Assembly (NCBI GenBank): GCA_050015435.1
Contig: JBEKBK010000001.1
Span: 15,249-79,248 of the forward strand
Reading direction: 5' to 3'
Length of the DNA: 64,000 nt
DNA from: Bryobacteraceae bacterium
GTDB taxonomy: Bacteria > Acidobacteriota > Terriglobia > Bryobacterales > Bryobacteraceae
Shown in pieces: positions 1 through 8,619 of this stretch. The translations under genes and the position numbers were made by a program. The first letter of the stretch is position 1, and each line of letters starts with the position of its first letter. The notes under the pieces are model-generated. The model saw only the letters and a list, made by a program, of their open reading frames with translations, searched no databases and was not told the DNA's origin.

Positions 1-465
1 GCGGCGCTGGCTCTGCGAGAGCTGGGAGTGCGTCCCGAACAGATCGCAGCCGGAATCTCTGACGTTCGCTGGCCTGGACGCTTGGAGCACGTGGCCCCCA
101 ACCCGGACATCATCCTGGACGGCGCCCACAATCCCGCCGGAGCGCGGGCTCTCGCCCGATATCTCGACCAATTCTATCCGGACCGCAAGCTGTGGATGAT
201 TTATGGAGCGATGCGCGACAAATCCGTGGACGAGATTGCGGGGATTCTGTTTCCCCGAGCAAGCGAGTTGATCTTCGTCGCGCCATCTTACTCGCGAGCG
301 CTGCGGCCAGAGGCGCTGGTAGAAATCGCTGGACGGGGTGAGACCGCACCCAACGTCGCCGCAGCGCTCGATCACGTGCGTAGTCGGGCTTCCGCAGATG
401 ACGTAATCCTCATCACCGGATCTCTGTTCTTGGTGGGGGAAGCAAGAGCGCTGTTCGTACAATGA
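1..465 (+). CDS. folC: Folylpolyglutamate synthase / dihydrofolate synthase, C-terminal part (5-prime truncated by window edge)
   Basis: The frame is open from base 1, so the listed M at 28 is an internal GTG. Mur-ligase C-terminal motifs are present (DGAHNPAG, ITGSLFLVGE). The stop overlaps the next start (ATGA at 462-465). Confidence 0.85.
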   Translation, partial: AALALRELGVRPEQIAAGISDVRWPGRLEHVAPNPDIILDGAHNPAGARALARYLDQFYPDRKLWMIYGAMRDKSVDEIAGILFPRASELIFVAPSYSRALRPEALVEIAGRGETAPNVAAALDHVRSRASADDVILITGSLFLVGEARALFVQ

Positions 466-1208
466 ACGGGATGGCATTGGTATGGAGCCTGTTGATTGTC
501 GATCCGCTGATTGTTCTTTCGACGATTTTCTGTGGCTCGGTGAGCGCAATACTCGCGATCTCGGGGTTCCACGGGCGCGTGTTAATGAAGGTCGCGCGCG
601 CCTGGGCGCGGTCCATCCTGATATTTGCCGGCGTGCGCGTGCAGGTCGAAGGCCTGGAAAAACTCGACCCGAATACCGGATACGTTTTTGTAGCGAATCA
701 TCTCAGCTACATGGACACGCCCGTCGTGCTCACCCACGTGCCCGTGCAGTTCCGATTCCTGGCCAAACAGGGGCTGTTCAAGCTTCCGTTTCTGGGTACG
801 TACCTGAGACACGGCGGTCACATTTCGGTTCCCATCGGCGATGCGCGCGCGTCCGTAAAGTCGCTCACTCTCGCCGCGAAGACCATCCGCGAGCAAGGCA
901 TCTCCGTTTTGATTTTCCCGGAGGGCGGCCGATCGTTCGACGGAGTATTAAAGGCGTTCAAGGACGGCGCGGCTTTTGTCGCGATTAAAGCCGGAGTGCC
1001 ACTGGTCCCAATGACTCTCATAGGAACGCGCGCGATAATGGCGATGCATTCGAAAACCATTCGACCGGGTAAAGTTCGGCTGCGGATCGGCGATCCGATT
1101 CCGACGCTGGGCATGACATCGCACGACCGGGAGGCACTGACGGAGACCGCGCGACAGGCGATCGTCGGGATGCAGAAAAACGGTTTAGCCGCAGATGAAC
1201 CCGGATGA
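462..1208 (+). CDS. plsC: 1-acyl-sn-glycerol-3-phosphate acyltransferase
   Basis: N-terminal TM segment, HX4D acyltransferase motif (ANHLSYMD) and FPEGGRS block. Translationally coupled to folC. Confidence 0.85.
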   Translation: MNGMALVWSLLIVDPLIVLSTIFCGSVSAILAISGFHGRVLMKVARAWARSILIFAGVRVQVEGLEKLDPNTGYVFVANHLSYMDTPVVLTHVPVQFRFLAKQGLFKLPFLGTYLRHGGHISVPIGDARASVKSLTLAAKTIREQGISVLIFPEGGRSFDGVLKAFKDGAAFVAIKAGVPLVPMTLIGTRAIMAMHSKTIRPGKVRLRIGDPIPTLGMTSHDREALTETARQAIVGMQKNGLAADEPG

Positions 1209-1254
1209 ACGCGAATCGGAAACAGATTTTTGCTTATCCGCGTGCATTCGCGTT
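1208..1254. terminator. Possible bidirectional hairpin between convergent plsC and the MaoC gene
   Basis: 9-bp arms AACGCGAAT (1208-1216) and ATTCGCGTT (1246-1254). The loop is large (29 nt), so this is weak. Confidence 0.3.
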
Positions 1255-1256
1255 TA

Positions 1257-1697
1257 TCAGCGGCTGAATTGCTTCGGCGCTAGGAATCTGCGTCGCAGCA
1301 CCAGCACTCGTTCTCCACGTTGATTGAAGGCACGCGTCTCGATATACACGATGCCGCGATCCGGTTTGCTCCCCGATTCCCGGGCTTCCAGAACTTCGCT
1401 CTCGGAGTAAAGCGAATCTCCGACAAACAGCGGTTTCTCAAAAACCACGCTCTCATAACCCAGGTTGGCGATCGTTTTGCCGCTGGTATCGCCGACGCTT
1501 TGCCCCACGGTCAGGCTGAAGATCAAGGTATCCACCACATGCCGTTCCGGCGCATGGTGATGATCGAGAAACAGCGGATTTTGATTCATCGAGAGCAATG
1601 CAAACCAGGCGTTATCGTGCTCCGTGATGGTTCGTCCGGGCCAGTGCTTGTACACGTCGCCCGGGTGAAACTCTTCGAAATAGCGTCCGTAATTCAC
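1257..1697 (-). CDS. MaoC-like single hot-dog dehydratase/hydratase subunit
   Basis: 146 aa. N-terminus YFEEFHPGDVYKHWPGRTITEHDNAWFALLSMNQNPLFLD is typical of the MaoC/hot-dog fold. Paralogous to the upstream gene. Confidence 0.85.
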   Translation of the reverse strand: MNYGRYFEEFHPGDVYKHWPGRTITEHDNAWFALLSMNQNPLFLDHHHAPERHVVDTLIFSLTVGQSVGDTSGKTIANLGYESVVFEKPLFVGDSLYSESEVLEARESGSKPDRGIVYIETRAFNQRGERVLVLRRRFLAPKQFSR

Positions 1698-2113
1698 GGG
1701 ACGATGATCTTTCGCTCGAGCGAGAGAACCGTTTCACCGCGCTGATTCAAACCCTCCGATGTGACCGTTACAACTCCGTTTTCTTTAGCAATGATGGTTG
1801 ACCGCGCGTAGATCGTGTCGCCGTGGAAGACCGGCTTGAGGTGCCGGATGTCGCGATATTCCAGCGTAGCCGTCGTGCGACCACCCACATCGGCCTGCGA
1901 CATCCCGATCACCAGGGCGATCACCAGCGGACCTTCCACCAGCCGCTGACCGTGCTGTGTTCCCGCGGCGTAGTGCGCGTCAATATGCAGCGGGTGCTGG
2001 TTCATGCTCATCAGGCTGAACAGGGTATCGTCGAATTCGGTGATGGTCCGGCCGGGCCAGTGGTCAAATTGTTGGCCGGGTTCCAGCTCCTCATAACTCC
2101 GTCCGTAACTCAT
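1694..2113 (-). CDS. MaoC-like single hot-dog dehydratase/hydratase subunit (tandem paralogue)
   Basis: 139 aa with SYEELEPGQQFDHWPGRTITEFDDTLFSLMSMNQHPLHID. Its stop overlaps the start of the downstream paralogue by 4 nt. Confidence 0.85.
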   Translation of the reverse strand: MSYGRSYEELEPGQQFDHWPGRTITEFDDTLFSLMSMNQHPLHIDAHYAAGTQHGQRLVEGPLVIALVIGMSQADVGGRTTATLEYRDIRHLKPVFHGDTIYARSTIIAKENGVVTVTSEGLNQRGETVLSLERKIIVP

Positions 2114-2124
2114 AATATAGGGTA

Positions 2125-3708
2125 GTGCGTTTTCTGGTTTTTTCGATTGCGCTGTTTGCGATGCCCACGTTTGCGGCGGAACATTGGATTGAATATCAGT
2201 CGGGTCCTCTGCACGTCTTCAGTGATGCCGGCGACAAACTGGCGCGCGCGCGTCTCACTGAAATGGAGCAGTTGCGGTACTTGCTTGGGACGATGATGGG
2301 CAAGATCGGCCTCGGACCGGGAGGCACGGCCAAGAGCCAGTTTGAGCCGATCTGGCCAGTTGATTTGATCCTGTTCGCCAACGCCACGCAGTACGGTCCT
2401 CACGCGCTTCAAAAGCCGTTTGTCGACGGCGGTTCGGCAACGCTGGGCGCCTGGAGCGCCGATACGCCTCTACCGCGCGACATGCTGCGCGCGCTTACCC
2501 GTCTACTGGTGGATGACAACGCCGGCCAGATGCCGGAAACATTCGAGACAGCCCTCTGCGACCTCTTCTCGACCATTGATGTCAAGGGGCCGAAGGTGTT
2601 ACTGGGTGCGCCGCTTCCCGCCGGCGAATTGCCTCCGGATCGATTGCGAGCGTGGGCCAAGATGCAGCTCATTGTGACTAATCCGGACTATGCCGGCAAG
2701 GGGCGCGTGTACTTGAACAATCTGCAACAGGGCGGCGATGAAGGTTTGGCGTCGCGAAACGCTTTTGGGGTGACACCCGCGCAATTGGACGCCACCGTGG
2801 ATACCTACTTGCGCACGGGAAAATTCGCCGCCGCGCCAGCCGTTGGGGAGGCGCTGAGTCCGCACGATTTCATCGAAAAGCCCATGCCTGCGGCCGCGAT
2901 GGACGGCTTGCTGGCCGAACTGGCGGCCAAGGGCCAGAACTTTCCACCAGATAGCCCGCGCGGATTGCTGGCGCAAAATACGCGTGAATCGCTCGCATTA
3001 GCGGTGCAGGCGAATCCCCGGTGGGCCGAGCCCCATTTCCAGTTAGCGGACATTAACCAGTCGGACCCGGATGTACAGATCAGGGAGCTCAAGATCGCCG
3101 TTTCGCTGGAGCCGCGCAATCTTCGCTATTTGCAGGCTCTCGCGACCGCCCAATACCAGTCGAACCTGTTCGCCGACTCGGACAAAACATGGGCTACGGC
3201 CGAGAAAAACTCTCCGACTGACGCCGAACGCGACAAAATCCGTCAGGTCCGTGCGGATATGGTAGAGAAGCGCACCGACTTCGAAGAGCTCATCAAGAAG
3301 CGCACCACGCAGGAAGAAGCGGATCATTTGCAGAAGATCAAGGACGCCGCCGCTGCGGAGGTGCACGCGGCGGAACGAGCCGCGAACCAGCGTCTGGGTG
3401 AGCGAAAGCTGAACCAAGCGCCGGTGCCCTGGTGGGATGGGAGCGATCCGTCGGGCGAGAAAATTTCGGGCACCCTATCGCAGGTCGACTGCTTGAACGG
3501 TCCGATCCGCCTGACCATCAAGATCGATGGTGGCGGCACCATCAAGCTGCTGATCCGCGATCCGAAACAGGTCAGTATCCACGGAAGCGAGAATGGATTT
3601 GCCTGCGGGGTTCAGCGCAAGCCACCCAAGATCAAAGCGGTGTATAACGTGAAGGCAGACGCGAAGCTCGACACGGTTGGAGAAGTTCTGGCGGTCGACC
3701 TTCCGTGA
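2125..3708 (+). CDS. Exported hypothetical protein (signal peptide, central helical/TPR-like region, C-terminal beta-rich domain)
   Basis: GTG start. Signal-like N-terminus MRFLVFSIALFAMPTFAAE. 527-aa uninterrupted ORF. No family recognised. Confidence 0.7.
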   Translation: MRFLVFSIALFAMPTFAAEHWIEYQSGPLHVFSDAGDKLARARLTEMEQLRYLLGTMMGKIGLGPGGTAKSQFEPIWPVDLILFANATQYGPHALQKPFVDGGSATLGAWSADTPLPRDMLRALTRLLVDDNAGQMPETFETALCDLFSTIDVKGPKVLLGAPLPAGELPPDRLRAWAKMQLIVTNPDYAGKGRVYLNNLQQGGDEGLASRNAFGVTPAQLDATVDTYLRTGKFAAAPAVGEALSPHDFIEKPMPAAAMDGLLAELAAKGQNFPPDSPRGLLAQNTRESLALAVQANPRWAEPHFQLADINQSDPDVQIRELKIAVSLEPRNLRYLQALATAQYQSNLFADSDKTWATAEKNSPTDAERDKIRQVRADMVEKRTDFEELIKKRTTQEEADHLQKIKDAAAAEVHAAERAANQRLGERKLNQAPVPWWDGSDPSGEKISGTLSQVDCLNGPIRLTIKIDGGGTIKLLIRDPKQVSIHGSENGFACGVQRKPPKIKAVYNVKADAKLDTVGEVLAVDLP

Positions 3709-4898
3709 GGGTTCGGCTACGCTGGGTCGCGATCGCGATTTTCTTTCTTTCCTCCTCGCTGAACTACCTGGATCGCCAACTGCTCGCGGCCTTCGCCCCG
3801 ACGCTTCAGAAAGAGTTCCACCTGTCCTATTTCCAGTACGGGCAGATTCAGTCCGTTTTTTCGATCGTCTACGCGCTGGTCGCCCCGCTGGCGGGCCTGT
3901 TCATCGATCGCGTGGGGTTGAACTTGGGTGCAAGCATCGCGGTGGCGCTTTGGTCGGCAGCGAGCGTCGCCACGGGCTGGGTGGGCAGCTTTCGATCTTT
4001 GCTGGCTTGCCGGACCGTTCTGGGAATCGCCGAGGCAGCGGGAATTCCTTCCACCGGCAAGGCAAACGGAAGCTATCTGGAGCCGCAGGAGTTCGCGTTA
4101 GGCACCTCGGTGAATCAGATCGGGGTCAGCGTCGGCGGCGTTGCAGCGCCGTTGATCGCCGCCGCCCTCGCACCCGCGTATGGATGGCGATCCGCATTCG
4201 TGCTGTGCGGCTTGTTGGGATTTGTATGGGTCCCTCTTTGGTTTTTCACGTCGAGACGGATACCTCCCAAAGCTGTGGCGGTCCGCAAAGCGCCAGCTCC
4301 GATCCGGGAACTGCTTCGCGACCGCCGCCTCTGGGGACTCGTTTTCGCGACTATTTTCCTGATGTCGCTCTACACCGTCTGGACAAATTGGACGACCCTT
4401 TACTTCGTGAACACGTGGCACCTCTCGCAGGACGAGGCCAATAGCCGCTATGCATGGATCCCGCAGGTCTGCGGCACGCTCGGAGGATTTTTCGGCGGAT
4501 GGCTGGCGTTCTTTTGGATTGGCCGGGGCGTGGACGTGATCGGTTCGCGTTTGCGTGTGGGTTGGATCAGCGGCGGAGCGATTCTGTTGACTGCGGCGAT
4601 CCCTCTGATGCCTACCCCGGGGTTGGCTGCGGCGGCGATTAGCTCCAGCTTCTTCTGGACGGTTTGCATCTCGACCAACCTCTACGCGTTGCCGATCGAC
4701 ATGTTCGGACCCGCCCGGGCTGCTTTTGGCGTTTCCGCGCTGACCTCCGCCTATGGTTTAATGCAGACGTTTGCTTCCCCGGCGATCGGTTGGATGGTGG
4801 ATCATTTCGGTTTCTCGGCCGTGTGCGTCGCAGGATCCGTCCTGCCGCTGGTGGGGGTCTGGATTCTGCACGTCACAGCGAAGCCGCGTAAAGTCTAG
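3705..4898 (+). CDS. MFS transporter
   Basis: About 12 predicted TM helices. N-terminal FFLSSSLNYLDRQLL motif is typical of anion:cation symporter-type MFS. GTGA overlap with the upstream gene. Confidence 0.85.
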   Translation: MRVRLRWVAIAIFFLSSSLNYLDRQLLAAFAPTLQKEFHLSYFQYGQIQSVFSIVYALVAPLAGLFIDRVGLNLGASIAVALWSAASVATGWVGSFRSLLACRTVLGIAEAAGIPSTGKANGSYLEPQEFALGTSVNQIGVSVGGVAAPLIAAALAPAYGWRSAFVLCGLLGFVWVPLWFFTSRRIPPKAVAVRKAPAPIRELLRDRRLWGLVFATIFLMSLYTVWTNWTTLYFVNTWHLSQDEANSRYAWIPQVCGTLGGFFGGWLAFFWIGRGVDVIGSRLRVGWISGGAILLTAAIPLMPTPGLAAAAISSSFFWTVCISTNLYALPIDMFGPARAAFGVSALTSAYGLMQTFASPAIGWMVDHFGFSAVCVAGSVLPLVGVWILHVTAKPRKV

Positions 4899-4903
4899 AT
4901 TTC

Positions 4904-5380
4904 ATGGATCCAGATCCGTTGGTTATTCGAAAAGGGACGGCCGGCGACAGCGCGGCCATCGCCCGGATTCAGGCTGCTTCGCCAGAGTCTGCTCACTGGA
5001 ATCCCGAGAGCTACCTTGGATACGATTGCCTGGTCGCGATCGCACAATCAGAGGTCGTAGCGTTCCTGGTGTCGCGCGAATTACTACCCGGAGAGCGGGA
5101 GATTCTGAACCTCGCGGTGATTCCGTCCTACAGGCGGCGCGGGATCGCCAGTAGGCTGCTCAAAGAAGAACTGGATCGTTCCAGCGAAACTTGGTTTCTG
5201 GAGGTTAGGGAATCCAATTTGGCCGCTCTCAACCTGTACAAACAAATGGGGTTTACGCCCGTCGGCCGACGCGAGCAGTATTACCAGGACCCCTCTGACG
5301 CAGCTATTGTCATGAGGATTGTTTCATGCTATCGTCATGATGCGCAGTCGGCCGTCGGTGACCGGCTGCCAGGAGAGTAA
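4904..5380 (+). CDS. rimI: GNAT N-acetyltransferase, RimI-like (ribosomal-protein-alanine acetyltransferase)
   Basis: 158 aa. Acetyl-CoA binding block NLAVIPSYRRRGIASRLL and LEVRESNLAALNLYKQMGF. Confidence 0.7.
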   Translation: MDPDPLVIRKGTAGDSAAIARIQAASPESAHWNPESYLGYDCLVAIAQSEVVAFLVSRELLPGEREILNLAVIPSYRRRGIASRLLKEELDRSSETWFLEVRESNLAALNLYKQMGFTPVGRREQYYQDPSDAAIVMRIVSCYRHDAQSAVGDRLPGE

Positions 5381-5452
5381 TACCCACCGGGCCAGAAGGA
5401 TCGAAATTAACAGACTCGGCGTGGCACTTCAACTACGAAGGAGACCCGTTCG

Positions 5453-5689
5453 ATGGAGATGAATCCGCTAGAAGAATTGAAAGCGCATCTGATGGCGACC
5501 AGCGAAGAATTTCGCGAATTGGCTGCTCAGCACCTCCGGTACCACAAGCTGCTGGAAGAGCTGGAAGCGAAACCCCATCTATCCGACCAGGAACAGGTGG
5601 AAGAAGTTCGCCTTAAGAAACAGAAGCTGCGCCTGAAGGACCAGATGAACTCGATTCTGGCTCAATACAAGGCACAGCACGTCGCCTAG
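5453..5689 (+). CDS. Small coiled-coil protein, DUF465/YdcH-like
   Basis: 78 aa, heptad-rich (HLRYHKLLEELEAKPHLSDQEQVEEVRLKKQKLRLKDQM). Followed by a strong terminator. Confidence 0.7.
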   Translation: MEMNPLEELKAHLMATSEEFRELAAQHLRYHKLLEELEAKPHLSDQEQVEEVRLKKQKLRLKDQMNSILAQYKAQHVA

Positions 5690-5727
5690 CCGTTAGGTGC
5701 GCGTAGTAGAAATCAGAAGTGAGTAAG

Positions 5728-5757
5728 AAGCCGGGCCCCAAACGGGGTCCGGCTTTT
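5728..5757 (+). terminator. Rho-independent terminator after the DUF465 gene
   Basis: 10-bp GC-rich stem GCCGGGCCCC / GGGGTCCGGC (one G-U pair), AAAC loop, then TTTT. Confidence 0.75.
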
Positions 5758-5781
5758 ATGTTTTAAGGTGGTCTCAGGCAG

Positions 5782-5787
5782 TATAAT
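5782..5787 (+). promoter_or_regulatory. Candidate -10 box (TATAAT) for recA
   Basis: A perfect TATAAT lies 47 nt upstream of the recA ATG at 5834. No convincing -35 or SOS box was recognised. Confidence 0.35.
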
Positions 5788-5833
5788 AAGATCTTCCACC
5801 GGGCAAAAAACCTGCAAGAAGAAGGAACCCACC

Positions 5834-6901
5834 ATGGACGAGAAAGAACGTAGCCGAGCCCTTGGCGCAACTCTGGGCCAGATCGAAAAACAATTCGGAA
5901 AGGGCTCCGTCATCCGCCTGGGAGCTCAGGCGGTGGTAGCCGTTCCGGCCATCTCCACCGGCTCGATCTCGGTCGATTACGCGCTCGGCGTGGGCGGATT
6001 TCCACGGGGCCGCATCTCGGAAATTTTCGGGCCGGAATCCTCGGGGAAAACGACGGTCGCGCTGCAGGTGGTCGCGGAAGCTCAAAAGGTGGGCGGCATG
6101 GCGGCGTACATCGACGTCGAGCACGCGCTCGATCCCGCATACGCGCGCAAGCTGGGCGTCGACGTCGACAATCTGCTGGTCTCCCAACCCGACTACGGCG
6201 AGCAGGCGCTCGAGATCACCAACGCATTGATCACGTCCGGATCGATCGACGTGCTGGTAGTAGATTCGGTGGCCGCGCTGGTTCCCAAAGCCGAGCTGGA
6301 TGGTGAGATGGGCGACAGCTTCATGGGCGTGCACGCACGCCTGATGTCGCAGGCCATGCGCAAGCTCACCGGGATCGTGTCGAAGTCGAATACCTGCCTG
6401 ATTTTCATCAACCAGATTCGTGAAAAGATTGGCGTGATGTTCGGCAACCCGGAAACCACCACTGGGGGCCGCGCGCTGAAGTTTTACTCGAGCGTTCGAG
6501 CCGACATCCGCCGCATCGCCGCGATCAAGGACGGCGAAACGGTGACTGGCAATCGCACCAAGATCAAGATCGTGAAGAACAAGATGGCTCCGCCGTTCCG
6601 CGAGGCCGAATTCGACATTATTTACGGTGAGGGGATTTCAAAGGAAGGCGATCTGGTGGACTTGGGCGTGGCGCAAAATTTGGTGGAGAAGAGTGGAGCC
6701 TGGTACAGCTACAAAGGCGAACGAATCGGACAGGGACGCGAGAATGCGAAGCAGTTTCTAAAAGACAATCCCGATATCCGGAAGAAGCTCGACATAGATT
6801 TGCGGAAACTGCTGAACCTGGTGCGGACAGAGGCAGCACCCGCCGCGCCAGTGCCGGTGGCAGTAGCGCCCGCCGCAGCAGCTTCTCGCTCGCGCGCTTA
6901 G
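5834..6901 (+). CDS. recA: Recombinase RecA
   Basis: [27 protein letters not shown]-terminus, Walker [10 protein letters not shown], conserved L1/L2 regions. The ATG at 5834 is preferred over the 5768 extension. Confidence 0.97.
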   Translation: MDEKERSRALGATLGQIEKQFGKGSVIRLGAQAVVAVPAISTGSISVDYALGVGGFPRGRISEIFGPESSGKTTVALQVVAEAQKVGGMAAYIDVEHALDPAYARKLGVDVDNLLVSQPDYGEQALEITNALITSGSIDVLVVDSVAALVPKAELDGEMGDSFMGVHARLMSQAMRKLTGIVSKSNTCLIFINQIREKIGVMFGNPETTTGGRALKFYSSVRADIRRIAAIKDGETVTGNRTKIKIVKNKMAPPFREAEFDIIYGEGISKEGDLVDLGVAQNLVEKSGAWYSYKGERIGQGRENAKQFLKDNPDIRKKLDIDLRKLLNLVRTEAAPAAPVPVAVAPAAAASRSRA

Positions 6902-7302
6902 CTCATGCTATGTTCCGTCGCAAACCCGACCTGATAGACGGCGTCGCCCCGTTCGGCTCGAATCGGCGCGACCAAAGACTTGCGATGAGGACCCTCGGGT
7001 AAGGCCTGTACCAAAGGGTAAGGCCAGTCGATGAGCGGGTGTTTGGGTACAATCATCGTAGGGAACGAATGCTAGTTCACTGGAGGCTGTCCAAGATAGC
7101 CGTACGGCGTCCGACGTAAGGGTGGTTGACGGCTGCGTTCCCCGGAGGAATTGGCTTGCGCGGACCCGTATCGTGCGGAATAGGAGTCCTGGGTCCGTTA
7201 AGTTGCTCGATCGGCTCCGAAGTCCGAACACGCTGCAATGCTCGCCAATTACGAAAGGGCGAGACGAAGACGGAATACACGACGCAGGCTTACTGAATCT
7301 CC
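6902..7302. other. 400-nt non-coding tract with multiple stem-loops (unassigned; candidate structured RNA or decayed remnant)
   Basis: No credible ORF in any frame. Hairpins lie at 7008-7050, 7098-7134, 7161-7197 and 7241-7263. No match by eye to tRNA, tmRNA or RNase P conserved blocks. Confidence 0.3.
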
Positions 7303-8112
7303 ATGAGGTGCGAAGAATTAAAGGCGTCAGTGCTTCGATGGATTGATAAGGAAATTGAGTGTCGACCTAGCGCTAACGACTGTCTAACAGCCACTCTCCC
7401 GATCCTCAAGCCCAACGGCGACGCTATCGAGATTGGCATTGAGCCAGCGGGTGCTGGCCGCTGGAAACTCTCCGATCTCGGTGAAACCTACGCCACCCTG
7501 TATCTGGCCGGCGTGGATTTATTCGAGGAGTATGTTCGCGCCGCTGAGTTCAAGCAAATAATATCCTCCCATCGAATCACCAATAATGAGGATCAGCAAG
7601 AGTTGATGGTTGAAACGTCCTCAGGTGAACTTGTGGGGGTGATGTTTGATTTCGTGCACGCCATTCAGTCCATGTTGGCGTTGCAATTGACGGTTCAGCC
7701 AAGGCATCCGAAGCGTGACTTCGCCAGTGTGGTCGCTAAGTTTCTTGCCGAACAGCACGCGTCCTTCGAAGTTCCTGCCGAGTACGTCAACGGCAGGACG
7801 GGTAAGTGGAGGTTCAATTTCATTTTGAACCACGTGAGTGAAGAAACACTCGTGAAGGCTCTGACGGCGAGGAATAAAAACGAGGCGCTTCGCTCTGCCG
7901 AGCAGAGCGTCTTTGAAATTGGCGACGTGCGTGGATTGAGAAAGGTGCAGGCCGTTGTTATCGCGGACGATGAGGACGGCCGGCAGGCGTTTTGGCAACC
8001 TCAGGTGATGAAGGTTTTCGATGGGTACAACGTTCCGGTCTATCCGTTTGTAGGAAATCGGCAAGAGCTTATGCAGTTCGCGAGCCGATACGCAGTCCCC
8101 AGCAAGAGCTAG
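7303..8112 (+). CDS. DUF1828/DUF1829-like two-domain protein (function unknown)
   Basis: 269 aa with AT-richer codon usage. The N-terminal half pattern (NGDAIEIGIEP..GRWKLSDLGETYATL) and C-terminal half pattern (VNGRTGKWRFNFIL) match my recollection of these Pfam DUFs. Confidence 0.65.
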   Translation: MRCEELKASVLRWIDKEIECRPSANDCLTATLPILKPNGDAIEIGIEPAGAGRWKLSDLGETYATLYLAGVDLFEEYVRAAEFKQIISSHRITNNEDQQELMVETSSGELVGVMFDFVHAIQSMLALQLTVQPRHPKRDFASVVAKFLAEQHASFEVPAEYVNGRTGKWRFNFILNHVSEETLVKALTARNKNEALRSAEQSVFEIGDVRGLRKVQAVVIADDEDGRQAFWQPQVMKVFDGYNVPVYPFVGNRQELMQFASRYAVPSKS

Positions 8113-8572
8113 GGGAACATAAACGTCTGATAGTCGGACCTCAGTTCGATGTTCTCCTCTTTGAGAAAATCCAACAGTGCTTGATTAGGGTCGTCTTCAG
8201 TGATCGGAGGATCCGGTTTGTAGGCGTACCTGTCGATCCTTGATGAGGAGAACATGTGTTTGTGCGGTCCTCGAATTTTCCCACTTTCTCCCGGATTCTT
8301 ATGCACCTCGGCCATGTCGTAGCTTCGGACGCAATGGCCCATATACTTGAGAGAGAATCCCCAACGCGTGCGGTTATGCCTTCCTACCTTCTTCCAATAT
8401 CCAGATAGATCGAGCCCTTCGCAGTGAGGACGGTCGCTTGGAAGATGAAGACACCCTCGCCATTTCCCGGCTTCCACGCGATTCGAGAAGCTACGTGCTT
8501 CGGGACGAAATGCAGCTGTTCAGACAGTTCGTAAGTGAACTCGCCAGAGGCCATGAGCCAAGTTGGCTCCAT
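8109..8572 (-). pseudogene. DUF6978-like protein split by a frameshift (ORFs 8572-8384 and 8477-8109)
   Basis: The first frame ends ..SIYLDIGRR-stop. The sequence continues sensibly in another frame: KVGRHNRTRWGF..VHKNPGESGKIRGPHKHMF..ALLDFLKEENI. Its stop shares a CTAG with the convergent gene. Confidence 0.5.
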
Positions 8573-8619
8573 CCTATCGCATTAGGTGAGCCGAAAATTC
8601 TGATTGTCTGTTAAACAGC

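Noticed and set aside
3677-4444. 255-aa plus-strand ORF in another frame of the MFS gene
   Set aside because: The MFS frame yields TM helices and the family motif. This frame is Arg/Gly-rich nonsense.
5768-5833. N-terminal 22-codon extension of recA in the ORF track
   Set aside because: The extension covers the TATAAT box and is not RecA-like. The canonical N-terminus starts at ATG 5834.
6902-7302. Tested the post-recA tract by eye as tmRNA, RNase P RNA, tRNA or a group II intron domain V
   Set aside because: There is no GGTTCGAATCC-type T-arm with a CCA end and no tag reading frame. The RNase P-like words (GAAGTCCGAAC, GGCTTAC) are only about 70 nt apart and in the wrong context. The AGCCGT..ACGGCT hairpin lacks domain V geometry. 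It is kept only as an unassigned structured region.
8598-8608. CTGTTAAACAG near-palindrome as a possible LexA/SOS box near the islet
   Set aside because: The spacing (CTGT-N3-ACAG) does not fit known LexA boxes. It is also short enough to occur by chance.
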